Shown here one piece after another: positions 1 through 8,899 of a DNA stretch of 33,987 bases (positions are counted from its first letter, which is position 1; every line of letters begins with the position of its first letter). Position numbers and translations under genes: made by a program. The notes below the pieces were generated by a model that was not told the DNA's origin, did no database searches, and saw nothing but the letters and a program-made list of their open reading frames with translations. Source of the stretch: a virus (taxonomy: Duplodnaviria > Caudoviricetes). The stretch lies in IMG/VR virus record IMGVR_UViG_3300023178_000159, positions 1 through 33,987 of that record; one strand, 5' to 3'.

Positions 1-50
1 CATAGATGAAGTATAACTATAATACGTCCGTAGCAAATCGGGTCTTGGAA

Positions 51-485
51 ATGACAACAGCAGATAAACAACAGCAAGAGAAATATAAAGGCTCTATCGT
101 CCCAATGGATGAGATAGAGAAACATGCTCCAACGGCACAAGCAGGGAATGATAAACTGACTGAGCCGCAAGCTGAGTTAGTGCATCTAATCTTGCATAAC
201 GGTTGCAACCCAAGTGAAGCCGCTAAGGCATTGGGTAGAAACAAAGCATGGGCTTACACAACCCTGAAAAAACAACATGTTATAGAGTATAGACAACAGT
301 TGGCTATGATGACTTTGGGATGGGACGCAACACAAGCAATGGCAACGATGAGAGAACTGCTGAATAGTAAGTCACAGTATGTAAGGCTTGAAGCCGCTAG
401 GGATTTAATGGACAGAGCAGGATTAAGACAGGATGTTGTTAGAACGCCTAGTACGGCTGTACAAATCAACTTCAATGTCGACTAG
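51..485 (+). CDS. HTH protein, probable terminase small subunit
   Basis: HTH-like NPSEAAKALGRNKAWAY and C-terminal SQYVRLEAARDLMDRAG...VQINFNVD; directly upstream of TerL. Start either 6 or 51. Confidence 0.7.
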   Translation: MTTADKQQQEKYKGSIVPMDEIEKHAPTAQAGNDKLTEPQAELVHLILHNGCNPSEAAKALGRNKAWAYTTLKKQHVIEYRQQLAMMTLGWDATQAMATMRELLNSKSQYVRLEAARDLMDRAGLRQDVVRTPSTAVQINFNVD

Positions 486-628
486 ATGGGACCCAATGCT
501 AGTATAGGCTTATGATGAACACCGACCTTGAAAAACTGGCTCGATGCCATATAAAGGTCAACTACACACGAAATAGACTTCATTAAGCTATATCCCCCAA
601 AATATTTTTTCACCTATAGGGGCTGATT

Positions 629-2170
629 TTGAATTTAGATTATAAACCCCCAGGACCGATAGCGAAAGCATTTATGAAAGACCCTTCTTTTGTGAGGGGC
701 ATTAGAGGTCCGGTAGGTTCTGGTAAATCCGTGACTTGTTGCATGGAGATAATGCGGAAGGCTGTCAATCAAGCCCCTAATTCTGCTGGGGTACGCAGAA
801 CAAGATGGGCAGTCATTCGTAATACCAATCCTCAGTTAAAAACCACGACTATTAAGACGTGGAGGGATTGGTTCGGTGACGAAGTTGGCAAGTTCGTATG
901 GAGTCCTCCCTATACGCATCTTGTCAACTTCTCACTTGAAGATAAGACTACTGTTGAGCTAGAAGTCATCTTTTTAGCATTGGACAAGCAAGAGGACGTA
1001 AAAAAGCTGTTGTCCTTGGAATTAACAGGCGTTTGGCTCAATGAAGCCAGAGAGCTTCCAAAATCTATCGTTGATGCGTGTACTATGCGTGTTGGTCGTT
1101 TTCCTTCTATGCGTGATGGTGGTCCGACTTGGTTTGGCGTTATTATGGATACAAATGCTCCTGATGAAACGCATTGGTGGGGCATTATGGCTGGTGAAGT
1201 GCCTGCCCCTGAATATATGGCGGCTGATGAGAAGTTATTGTTAGTTAAGCCTGATGATTGGACATTCTTTACTCAAGCTGGTGCTATGAAGGAAAAGCGT
1301 AGCAGTGAGGGTGCTTTAGAGGGATATGAGAAGAATTTAAAGGCTGAAAACCTAAATAATATACAGCCCGACTATTACGATAAGATTATCTTGGGTAAAA
1401 CCCCACAATGGGTAAAAGTATATGTTCTGAATGAATACCAAGCCCTAATGGACGGCAAGCCAGTGTATGCGACCTTTAGAAAAGAAACTCATGTATCAAA
1501 GTCCCCTATTGAGCCTGTTGATGGTGTTGAGGTAATCGTTGGTATCGACTTTGGAAGAACCCCTAGTGCTGTCTTTACTCAGCAAGGTTTTGGTGGAAGG
1601 TGGACGATATTCCATGAAGTTATTGGTCAAGATATGGGGGCTGGACGATTTGCCGAAGTCCTTAAAAGGGAAATCGCTAGGAACGATTGGGAAAAGCATA
1701 GTTTTAAATTTGTGGGTGACCCTGCTGGTAATCAGATGGCGCAGACGTCTGAGCAAACACCGTTTATGATACTAAGGGCGGCAGGGATTAATGCTCACCC
1801 TGCTCCCAGCAATGACGCAGTTATGCGAGTTGAAGCAGTTGAAGGTGTTTTAAACCGTATGTCTGATGGCTATCCGTGTATGAATATAAGCCCTAATTGC
1901 ACCACTTTAATAGCAGGTTTTGAAGGTGGATATCAGTATAAGCGTCAATATCACATGGGCAATGAACGCTATGAAGAACGACCTTCTAAAAATAGATTTT
2001 CGCACATACATGATGCTCTTCAGTATGCATTTTTGGGCGGGGGCGAGGGTCGTAAGGTAATCTTTGGTGGTAATAAGCCAGCATCACATACTACAGTAAC
2101 AAGAGGCGGCACGCCATTTGGTAGATTAAAGGCTAGAAACAAGCTATCAAGAAGGGTAGCTGGGTTGTGA
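629..2170 (+). CDS. terL: Terminase large subunit
   Basis: Walker A GPVGSGKS, Walker B-like VWLNEARE, motif III MDTNAP, RNase H-like nuclease GIDFG...SHIHDALQY; TTG start after AGGGG. Confidence 0.95.
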   Translation: MNLDYKPPGPIAKAFMKDPSFVRGIRGPVGSGKSVTCCMEIMRKAVNQAPNSAGVRRTRWAVIRNTNPQLKTTTIKTWRDWFGDEVGKFVWSPPYTHLVNFSLEDKTTVELEVIFLALDKQEDVKKLLSLELTGVWLNEARELPKSIVDACTMRVGRFPSMRDGGPTWFGVIMDTNAPDETHWWGIMAGEVPAPEYMAADEKLLLVKPDDWTFFTQAGAMKEKRSSEGALEGYEKNLKAENLNNIQPDYYDKIILGKTPQWVKVYVLNEYQALMDGKPVYATFRKETHVSKSPIEPVDGVEVIVGIDFGRTPSAVFTQQGFGGRWTIFHEVIGQDMGAGRFAEVLKREIARNDWEKHSFKFVGDPAGNQMAQTSEQTPFMILRAAGINAHPAPSNDAVMRVEAVEGVLNRMSDGYPCMNISPNCTTLIAGFEGGYQYKRQYHMGNERYEERPSKNRFSHIHDALQYAFLGGGEGRKVIFGGNKPASHTTVTRGGTPFGRLKARNKLSRRVAGL

Positions 2171-2571
2171 AGTGGATAATATGCTTTTGCGAAAGCAAGA
2201 ATATAGGAATGTGGAAGCATTTTACTAAGCACAGAGAAGGTTTTAGCCACGTTTTTGCCATAAGATTTGATACTAAACATGATATATGGACAAAGTATGA
2301 GTTTAGTACGCATGGTTTTAAATTTGAAAATTATAAAGATGATGATGCTGACTTGCTTTGGGCAAATATGATGAACTATTGGACGTGTGTAGAAGTAGAA
2401 GTAAAGGATAGTCCAGTATATCTGCCAAGATTAATGTATTGTGTGTCTTTTATTAAGCATATCGTTGGGTTAAACAAGTTTTGGGTACTAACACCTTACC
2501 AGCTCTATTGTGAATTGCTTAAAAATGGAGCTGTACTCATGTTTGATAAAAAAGGAGATACCAATGGGTAA
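2167..2571 (+). CDS. Hypothetical protein, possible permuted papain-like (NlpC/P60-type) peptidase
   Basis: GTGA overlap with terL; FSHV...YCVSFIK...TPYQLY gives His-before-Cys order. Confidence 0.55.
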   Translation: MKWIICFCESKNIGMWKHFTKHREGFSHVFAIRFDTKHDIWTKYEFSTHGFKFENYKDDDADLLWANMMNYWTCVEVEVKDSPVYLPRLMYCVSFIKHIVGLNKFWVLTPYQLYCELLKNGAVLMFDKKGDTNG

Positions 2572-2842
2572 TATTTTTTCAAAACCTAAAATGCCGGAAA
2601 AAAGCCAAGAGCAAATTGCGGCTGAAAAGGCTGAAGAAGAGCGTTTAGCTAGAGTAGAAAAAGAAAACGAAGAACGCAAACTGGAAGCCGAGAAAAAAGC
2701 TACATCTAATTTAGTTGGTCGTAGGTCATTACAAGCGGCTGGTATGGAAGGTTATACAGGCTTTCGTAGGAAACAAATGGGTGCGGCACAGCCTACACAG
2801 GCTGGTGGTGGCTCTATGGGTACTTCCGTTACTGGAATTTAA
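2564..2842 (+). CDS. Small virion assembly protein (T7 gp7.3-like position)
   Basis: AAGGAG SD before ATG 2564; MGNIFSKPKMP followed by a charged helix; immediately before the portal. Confidence 0.6.
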   Translation: MGNIFSKPKMPEKSQEQIAAEKAEEERLARVEKENEERKLEAEKKATSNLVGRRSLQAAGMEGYTGFRRKQMGAAQPTQAGGGSMGTSVTGI

Positions 2843-2851
2843 GGAGCTAAC

Positions 2852-4432
2852 ATGTACGGTGCAGGACAAGGTGACGGAAATCCAACCGTTTCTGGCGGTG
2901 ACGCAAAGCAAGAACTAAAACGTGTCATGGACAGATACAAAAAGGCCAAGGGTCGTTGGAACTCTTGGACGGATTTGTGGGAGGAAATCTATGATTACGC
3001 TATTCCTCATCGTGAGAGCTTTTTTCAGGAAAGCAGTGCAAATCGTAGAACAGAGAATATCTATGACGAAACTGCTGTTGTTGGTCTTCCTAAGTTTGCT
3101 TCTCGCTTACAACTTGGGTTTTTTCCTCCTAATGGTCGTGCATTTAGACTCGCCCCCGGTCCTGAGTTTCCAGACGAATTAAGAAGCAAATCGTTAGATG
3201 AAGAATTGGATAGGATTACAGACCTCATTCACGAAGGTTTGCGTAATTCTAACTTCAATGCAGAGATGCATGAAGGTCTTCAGGATTTAGGTATTGGAAC
3301 TATGAACCTTCTTGTAGAAGAGGGTCGTTTCCAAGGTGATTTACATTTTTCATCTGTACCCCCAACTAATTTGGCTTTACTACCCGGTCGAATGGATGGT
3401 GTCTCCGATTGGTTCAGATGGAACAACAATATGGATATTACTGAAGTAAAGCATCGATATCCTAAAGCTAAATACTCTGAAAAGATGATGTCTGAGCAAA
3501 AGCGCAATCCTACTCGCAAGACAAAGATTGTAGAAGCTACCATCTATGATGAGACAAACAAATTTAAAGACGAATACACATACTACTTAATATCTGAGAC
3601 AGATAACGAAATTCTTATCAAAGATACATTCAAGGGTCGTGGCTCTATTCCTTGGATTACTACACGCTGGTCTAAGTCTGGTTTTGAAGTATGGGGTAGA
3701 GGTCCTTTACTACAGGCCATGCCAGCAATTAAAACATTAAACTTAACAGTACAGTTGATTTTAGAAAATGCTGAAATGGCTATTGCTGGTAGTTATATAT
3801 ACGATGATGACGGTGTATTTAATCCTGACAACATCACGATACAGCCCGGAACTTTTATCCCTCGAAGTCCTGGGTCTTCTATAGACACATTACAGAGTGC
3901 TGGTAGATTTGACGTAGCACAGCTTGTTTTAGACGATATGCGTAGAAATGTACGCAAAGCGTTGTTTATTGATGAGTTAGATACCAGACCTAACGCAAGA
4001 ACACCACTTTCTGCCACAGAAGTATCTGAAAGACTAGCTGATGTAGCTAGAGACATGGGTGCTGTAGCTGGTCGTATGCAGAAAGAGTTTTTACAGCCGC
4101 TAGTAGAACGTGTTGTTTACATCTACAAGAAGCAGGGGCTGTTAGACATACCGAAGGTAGATGGCAGGGAATTGCGTATCGTTCCGGTCTCACCCCTCCT
4201 CAGAGCGCAAGACCAGCAAGACGTGTCTGATTTTGTACGCTTCCAGCAGACAGTCGCTTCTACCTTCGGACCTGAAATAACTCCAATGCTGTACAACCAA
4301 GAAGCTGTGATAAAGTATCTAGCCGCTAAGTTCGGTATTCAAGAGGAACTCTTAGCTGAAGCAAGCCAAGTACAAGAAAATGTACAAACAATGCAACAGC
4401 TAATGCAGATGCAGCAAGGAATGCCGCAATGA
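2852..4432 (+). CDS. Portal (head-tail connector, T7 gp8-like)
   Basis: 526 aa; RWSKSGFEVWGRGP, SATEVSER, EFLQPLVER motifs; Q-rich tail; AAGGAG SD. Confidence 0.95.
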   Translation: MYGAGQGDGNPTVSGGDAKQELKRVMDRYKKAKGRWNSWTDLWEEIYDYAIPHRESFFQESSANRRTENIYDETAVVGLPKFASRLQLGFFPPNGRAFRLAPGPEFPDELRSKSLDEELDRITDLIHEGLRNSNFNAEMHEGLQDLGIGTMNLLVEEGRFQGDLHFSSVPPTNLALLPGRMDGVSDWFRWNNNMDITEVKHRYPKAKYSEKMMSEQKRNPTRKTKIVEATIYDETNKFKDEYTYYLISETDNEILIKDTFKGRGSIPWITTRWSKSGFEVWGRGPLLQAMPAIKTLNLTVQLILENAEMAIAGSYIYDDDGVFNPDNITIQPGTFIPRSPGSSIDTLQSAGRFDVAQLVLDDMRRNVRKALFIDELDTRPNARTPLSATEVSERLADVARDMGAVAGRMQKEFLQPLVERVVYIYKKQGLLDIPKVDGRELRIVPVSPLLRAQDQQDVSDFVRFQQTVASTFGPEITPMLYNQEAVIKYLAAKFGIQEELLAEASQVQENVQTMQQLMQMQQGMPQ

Positions 4433-4686
4433 AGGAGAGAATAAATGTCTCAGTCGATGGTCGTGGATACAGCAAAGAAGTTGACAAAGACCTTAATAGT
4501 AAAGCCTATGGTCTATTCGGCTCAGGTATCGGAAAAGATTTTTTACATTACTTGGACTCGCTCACAACGAATAACGTATATCCTGCAGGGACTGGAATCG
4601 AAACTCTAGCCCATGCAGAAGGTGCTAGATGGATTGTTGCCATTATGAAGGCTAGATGTGAACAAGGGAGAAAGCAAAATGATTAA
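4429..4686 (+). CDS. Small head-module protein (Bbp19-like)
   Basis: ATGA overlap with portal; FGSGIGKDFLHYL...HAEGARWIV pattern typical of the gene after the portal in these podoviruses. Confidence 0.65.
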   Translation: MKERINVSVDGRGYSKEVDKDLNSKAYGLFGSGIGKDFLHYLDSLTTNNVYPAGTGIETLAHAEGARWIVAIMKARCEQGRKQND

Positions 4687-4912
4687 TAGACCGCCAAAAG
4701 TTACAAAAAATATGGGGCAAAAAGCTACAAAAGTTTTGTATGATGACTTGGATTTTCAAGCCTTTGCAATAGGCAAAGGATACAAAACAAGACAAGATAT
4801 TCAAGGACGCTCAATTCAGTCTAAAAGAAAAATTATAAAAGGATTTAGAAATGCTCAAAAAGTTGGAGCTTTGCCTTTTGGAATGAGTTCTGCAGAAAGA
4901 GAAGGCTTCTAA
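4679..4912 (+). CDS. Hypothetical basic protein
   Basis: Fills the operon gap; GGGAG upstream of ATG 4679. Confidence 0.5.
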   Translation: MINRPPKVTKNMGQKATKVLYDDLDFQAFAIGKGYKTRQDIQGRSIQSKRKIIKGFRNAQKVGALPFGMSSAEREGF

Positions 4913-4915
4913 ATT

Positions 4916-5056
4916 ATGGCTAAACCAGCAAACCCAGCGTTATATGCAAGAGCAAAAGCTATTGTTAAGAAGAGGGTCAAAAAGTGGCCTTCTGCTTATG
5001 CTTCGGGTCAACTGGTACAGCAGTATAAGAAAATGGGGGGTACATACAAAACATGA
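4916..5056 (+). CDS. 46-aa basic protein (DUF5872-like N-terminal half)
   Basis: Own translation MAKPANPALYARAKAIVKKRVKKWPSAYASGQLVQQYKKMGGTYKT; below the ORF-track cutoff; ATGA overlap with the next gene. Confidence 0.7.
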   Translation: MAKPANPALYARAKAIVKKRVKKWPSAYASGQLVQQYKKMGGTYKT

Positions 5057-5283
5057 GCCTCACCAAATGGTTTGATGAGAAATGGGTAGATATATCCACA
5101 AAGAAAGATGGTAAGCATCCTCCCTGTGGACGGTCTAAGGGTGATGGTCGCAGTTATCCTAAATGCGTTCCGTCATCAAAAGCGGCATCTATGAGTCCAG
5201 CCTCTAAGAAAAAAGCAGTGGCTCGTAAACGTGCTACCAACCCTAGCGGTGGTGGTAAAACACCTACCTATGCGAGGACGTAA
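5053..5283 (+). CDS. Basic protein (DUF5872-like C-terminal half)
   Basis: LTKWFDEKWVDI...CGR...YPKCVP motif. Confidence 0.7.
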   Translation: MSLTKWFDEKWVDISTKKDGKHPPCGRSKGDGRSYPKCVPSSKAASMSPASKKKAVARKRATNPSGGGKTPTYART

Positions 5284-5603
5284 TGAGCAGAAACGAGCCA
5301 AGACAAACCACTCCCAAAAAACAGCGTCAATTAAGAAAAATGGGTCCTCAAACCTATGAAGATTTTTTTGCAAGTCAATCAAGGCTTGGAAAAGGCAGAG
5401 AATTGCAATCTAAAAGATATTATGAGGAAGTTAGTAATAAAATAAATAGTTTTCCAACACCTCCACCTCAGATGAAAATTAGTCCACCAAAAGGATTTGG
5501 AGAAGATAAAGAGGAAGACGGTCCTAGTGACAAGTTTGTTAAGTACATTTTAAAAAGAGTAAACGAAGACGATAGATTAAAGAAATTTAGAGTTGGAGGT
5601 TAG
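5283..5603 (+). CDS. Hypothetical protein
   Basis: TAATG coupling to the upstream gene; 106 aa. Confidence 0.55.
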   Translation: MSRNEPRQTTPKKQRQLRKMGPQTYEDFFASQSRLGKGRELQSKRYYEEVSNKINSFPTPPPQMKISPPKGFGEDKEEDGPSDKFVKYILKRVNEDDRLKKFRVGG

Positions 5604-5604
5604 C

Positions 5605-5874
5605 ATGGCTAAATCACCAGCTTGGCAACGTAAAGAAGGTAAAGACCCAAAAGGTGGACTTAATCGTAAAGGTCGTGCATCTTTGCGTAGACAGGGTAAG
5701 AATATCAAACGTCCTGTGTCTGCTAAACAAGCTAAGAAGTCTCCGAAAGCAGCCGCTAGACGTAGAAGTTTTTGTAAGCGAATGATGGGTATGAAAAAGA
5801 AGCTTACATCTAAAAAGACGGCTAATGACCCTAACAGCCGTATCAACAAAGCACTAAGGAAGTGGGATTGTTAA
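5605..5874 (+). CDS. Highly basic protein (DUF6321-like)
   Basis: GGAGG SD; PAWQRKEGKDPKGGLN...RRRSFCKRM...PNSRINKALRKWDC. Confidence 0.75.
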   Translation: MAKSPAWQRKEGKDPKGGLNRKGRASLRRQGKNIKRPVSAKQAKKSPKAAARRRSFCKRMMGMKKKLTSKKTANDPNSRINKALRKWDC

Positions 5875-6039
5875 ATGAAGCAAGATAACTACAAAGGAGG
5901 AATGGCTTACAGTCCACAACACGCTCCATATATTAGAAAATCTTTGGACAATTGGAACAAAGAAATAAGAAAAATTCAACTTAAAGCAAGAACCCAAAGA
6001 CTTATGGGTAATCCAACCATTAAAATAGATAGGGACTAA
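5875..6039 (+). CDS. 54-aa hypothetical protein
   Basis: Own translation MKQDNYKGGMAYSPQHAPYIRK...KIDRD; fills the gap exactly; alternative start 5902 after AAGGAGG. Confidence 0.5.
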   Translation: MKQDNYKGGMAYSPQHAPYIRKSLDNWNKEIRKIQLKARTQRLMGNPTIKIDRD

Positions 6040-6041
6040 AA

Positions 6042-6791
6042 ATGAGTGAAGAAGCAGAAGCACAAGTAGAAACCAATGAGGTTCAGACTGGAGAGTCGGA
6101 GCAACCTCAGGAAACTACTCAAGAAAGACCTGATTGGCTTCCAGAGAAGTTTGACAGGCCAGAAGAGCTTGCGAATAGCTATAGCGAACTGGAAAGAGCG
6201 TTTTACACACGCAAAGAAGATTTACGAAATCAAATTGTAGAAGAGCTAAACAAAGAAGCTTCAAGCAATGCACCTATCAGTCCTGCTGACTATGAATTGC
6301 AGTTTGAAGCACCAGAAGGCATTGAGTACAGCGTAGCTAATGATGACCCAATGGTAGATTGGTTTAGAGAGACAGCACATAATTATGGTTTATCTCAGGA
6401 TGAATTTAATGGCTTAATGAATGAATATATTCAAATCGATGCCATGAGAGGTCCTGATTGGAATCAAGAATCAGAAGCATTAGGCGAATATGCTGAAAAG
6501 CGTTTAGAGCGTGTAGATGGGTGGGCGCATAATAATCTAAGCGCAGAAGCCTACAACGTATTTGCTAATGTCCCAGCATCTGCTGGTATGGTTCAATTGT
6601 TTGAAGAATTGATGGAACTGAATGGTCAGCCTCAGTTCAACATGACTTCAGACTCAGAGTTTCAGGAGCGTATTAGTCGTGAGGACTTAATGTCTATGCA
6701 AAACGACCCACGTTATTGGAAAGAGAAAGACCCAGCTTTTATCTCAAAAGTAAGGGCAGGGTTTGCTCAACTAGCAAGACAAAATGGATAA
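6042..6791 (+). CDS. Capsid scaffolding protein (T7 gp9-like)
   Basis: Acidic; ERPDWLPEKF...LANSYSELE and DPRYWKEKDPAF motifs; precedes the MCP. Confidence 0.88.
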   Translation: MSEEAEAQVETNEVQTGESEQPQETTQERPDWLPEKFDRPEELANSYSELERAFYTRKEDLRNQIVEELNKEASSNAPISPADYELQFEAPEGIEYSVANDDPMVDWFRETAHNYGLSQDEFNGLMNEYIQIDAMRGPDWNQESEALGEYAEKRLERVDGWAHNNLSAEAYNVFANVPASAGMVQLFEELMELNGQPQFNMTSDSEFQERISREDLMSMQNDPRYWKEKDPAFISKVRAGFAQLARQNG

Positions 6792-6820
6792 TGTGAATTT
6801 TCTTATTTTGGCTTATATGA
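6789..6820 (+). promoter_or_regulatory. Candidate regulatory element upstream of the MCP
   Basis: TAATGTGAATT-N7-TTTGGCTTATATGA; a related copy lies at 28111-28142. Confidence 0.4.
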
Positions 6821-6931
6821 AACTGTGATTGTACTAGAAGGCCTTGACGCAAGGGATAATCGGCAACGACCCCAAGTAGATAGATAACCAGACAGAACAA
6901 AACTTAATGTAACTTGTAAAAGGAGGGTGTT

Positions 6932-7759
6932 ATGGCAACACCAACAATTGATACCTCCTTTATCGAGGAGTTTGAATCTGGCGTCCACATGGCGTACCAG
7001 CGTCAAGGCTCTAAGTTGCGTGGGACTATTCGTACAGCTAACGGTGTAAAGAATAAGACCACCTTCCAAAAAATCGGTAAAGGTTTTGCTACAACCAAGG
7101 CTCGCCATGGTAACGTAGCACCAATGAATCTTGATCACACAAACGTGTCAGTAACCCTTGAGGATTACTTTGCTGGTGAGTGGGTGGATGATCTAGACCA
7201 ACTGCGTATTAACCACGATGAAATGCTTGTCGCACAGCAGTCAGGTGCTTATGCACTAGGCCGTAAGACAGACGAGTTGATTCTGGCCGCAATGGATACA
7301 ACTACCAATACCCTTAACGAAACAACTAACGGTATTACACTGGCATGGGCATTTAGCCTGATGGAAGCATTCGGTAACAACGATGTTCCTGATGATGGTC
7401 AGCGTTACTGTGTTGTTGGTTGGGAAAACTGGTCACAGTTGATGGACATTGATGAGTTCTCTCGTGCTGAGTACATTGGTACAGAAAACTTGCCATTTGC
7501 TAACGCCATTACTGCAAAGCAGTGGCTGGGCTTTACATGGTTTCCGTTCTCAGGCTTAGATGAAGCTGGTTCTGGTAACGTAGACCGCAAGTGTTTTGCT
7601 TGGCACTCTTCAGCAGTGGGTCATGCAATTGGCGCAGATGTTTCATCAAACATGCAGTATCACAACGATAAGGACGCATACTTTGTTCTGAATAAGATGC
7701 AAATGAATGCCACCCTCATCGATGCAGATGCATGTTATGAACTGCAACTCAAGAAATAA
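6932..7759 (+). CDS. Major capsid protein
   Basis: 275 aa; AYQRQGSKLR, AYALGRKTD, DVPDDGQRY motifs; strong AAGGAGG SD. Confidence 0.93.
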   Translation: MATPTIDTSFIEEFESGVHMAYQRQGSKLRGTIRTANGVKNKTTFQKIGKGFATTKARHGNVAPMNLDHTNVSVTLEDYFAGEWVDDLDQLRINHDEMLVAQQSGAYALGRKTDELILAAMDTTTNTLNETTNGITLAWAFSLMEAFGNNDVPDDGQRYCVVGWENWSQLMDIDEFSRAEYIGTENLPFANAITAKQWLGFTWFPFSGLDEAGSGNVDRKCFAWHSSAVGHAIGADVSSNMQYHNDKDAYFVLNKMQMNATLIDADACYELQLKK

Positions 7760-7771
7760 GGAGAGGTTCTA

Positions 7772-8032
7772 ATGGCACTCGTAGACGCAGACTTCACCTT
7801 AGTCAACTACTCAGGCAACGGCTTTCATATTTGGCACTACAAATCTACTGCCGATGCTCTGAACACCATTGATACTGCTGGTTACTTTAATAACAAGTCC
7901 AGCGAAATCAATGTTGGCGATGTTATCTTTGTCAACGCTTCTAACGGCTTTGGCATTGCAACAGTTGTTTCAAACTCTGGCGGTGTAGTCGATACAGGCG
8001 ACATCGTTAGCATGACAACAGATAGTCGCTAA
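7772..8032 (+). CDS. Small structural protein (possible capsid decoration)
   Basis: Follows the MCP with AAGGAGAGG SD; WHYKSTADALNTIDTAGYFN...VGDVIFV. Confidence 0.7.
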   Translation: MALVDADFTLVNYSGNGFHIWHYKSTADALNTIDTAGYFNNKSSEINVGDVIFVNASNGFGIATVVSNSGGVVDTGDIVSMTTDSR

Positions 8033-8160
8033 TGGCTAAAGCACCAACAAAGAAGGCGGCAGTGAAAACTGCCCCTTCACCTTCCCCAAAAGAGAAAACT
8101 GTCCGTGGTGGCAAAGTAGTTTTTGGTAAAGGCGTAACTTTAGGAAAAGGCGTAAAATAA
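8032..8160 (+). CDS. 42-aa Lys-rich protein
   Basis: Own translation MAKAPTKKAAVKTAPSPSPKEKTVRGGKVVFGKGVTLGKGVK; TAATG overlaps at both ends. Confidence 0.65.
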   Translation: MAKAPTKKAAVKTAPSPSPKEKTVRGGKVVFGKGVTLGKGVK

Positions 8161-8282
8161 TGGCTTTCAAAGTTTGTAAATCATGTCCATATCCAGGAAA
8201 GTGCAGAGCCGCAGGTAAATGCTTAAATCCTCCAAAGGGTTCTAAAACTATGGGTAACAAAAAATCAGGATACGGTAAGTAA
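8160..8282 (+). CDS. 40-aa four-cysteine basic peptide
   Basis: Own translation MAFKVCKSCPYPGKCRAAGKCLNPPKGSKTMGNKKSGYGK; TAATG overlaps at both ends. Confidence 0.65.
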   Translation: MAFKVCKSCPYPGKCRAAGKCLNPPKGSKTMGNKKSGYGK

Positions 8283-8896
8283 TGCCTACTACTCCATCCA
8301 CCGATATTGAAGTTGCACAGAAGGCTATGGTCTTAATAGGACTAGAGCCTTTGACTTCATTTACAGATGCTACAGATGAAGCATTGGTTGCTAACACAAT
8401 ATACGAGGATGTAGTTACTGACTGCCTTGCCCAACATAACTGGAACTTTGCAACAGGTCAGAAGCAATTAGCTAGGCTTACTGCCGCACCTGTAGATAGA
8501 TGGGATGCGGCTTACAACTTGCCAACAAGTCCAGCAGTTGTTCAGGTACTTACAGTCACTATTGACGATGTACCGCAACCATACGACATTTATGAGCGTT
8601 ATGTGTATATCAATGCTGAAGTAGCTGATGATGTTGTACTTAATTATATCTTTAGGCCTGATACTCAGTATTGGCCTCCTGCGTTTACTATGTGGGTTAT
8701 TTTTAGACTTGCCTCTGTTTTGGCTTTGTCTGTGACCAGAAAAGGCGATGTCGCTACCTCTTATACAAGACTAGCAGATGAACAGTTTAGAAAAGCTAAA
8801 GCTAGAGATTCACAGCAAGTAACGACACAGGGCATTCGTTTGAACCGTTATAGCCGAGCAAGAGTCGGTGCATATCAGCAAATAGAAGGCACATAA
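8282..8896 (+). CDS. Tail tubular protein A / adaptor (T7 gp11-like)
   Basis: 204 aa; AMVLIG, HNWNFA, WDAAYNLP motifs; synteny. Confidence 0.85.
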   Translation: MPTTPSTDIEVAQKAMVLIGLEPLTSFTDATDEALVANTIYEDVVTDCLAQHNWNFATGQKQLARLTAAPVDRWDAAYNLPTSPAVVQVLTVTIDDVPQPYDIYERYVYINAEVADDVVLNYIFRPDTQYWPPAFTMWVIFRLASVLALSVTRKGDVATSYTRLADEQFRKAKARDSQQVTTQGIRLNRYSRARVGAYQQIEGT

Positions 8897-8899
8897 TGA

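Noticed and set aside
7730-7775. T7 10A/10B-type capsid frameshift
   Set aside because: No slippery heptamer is evident, and the next gene has its own strong SD.
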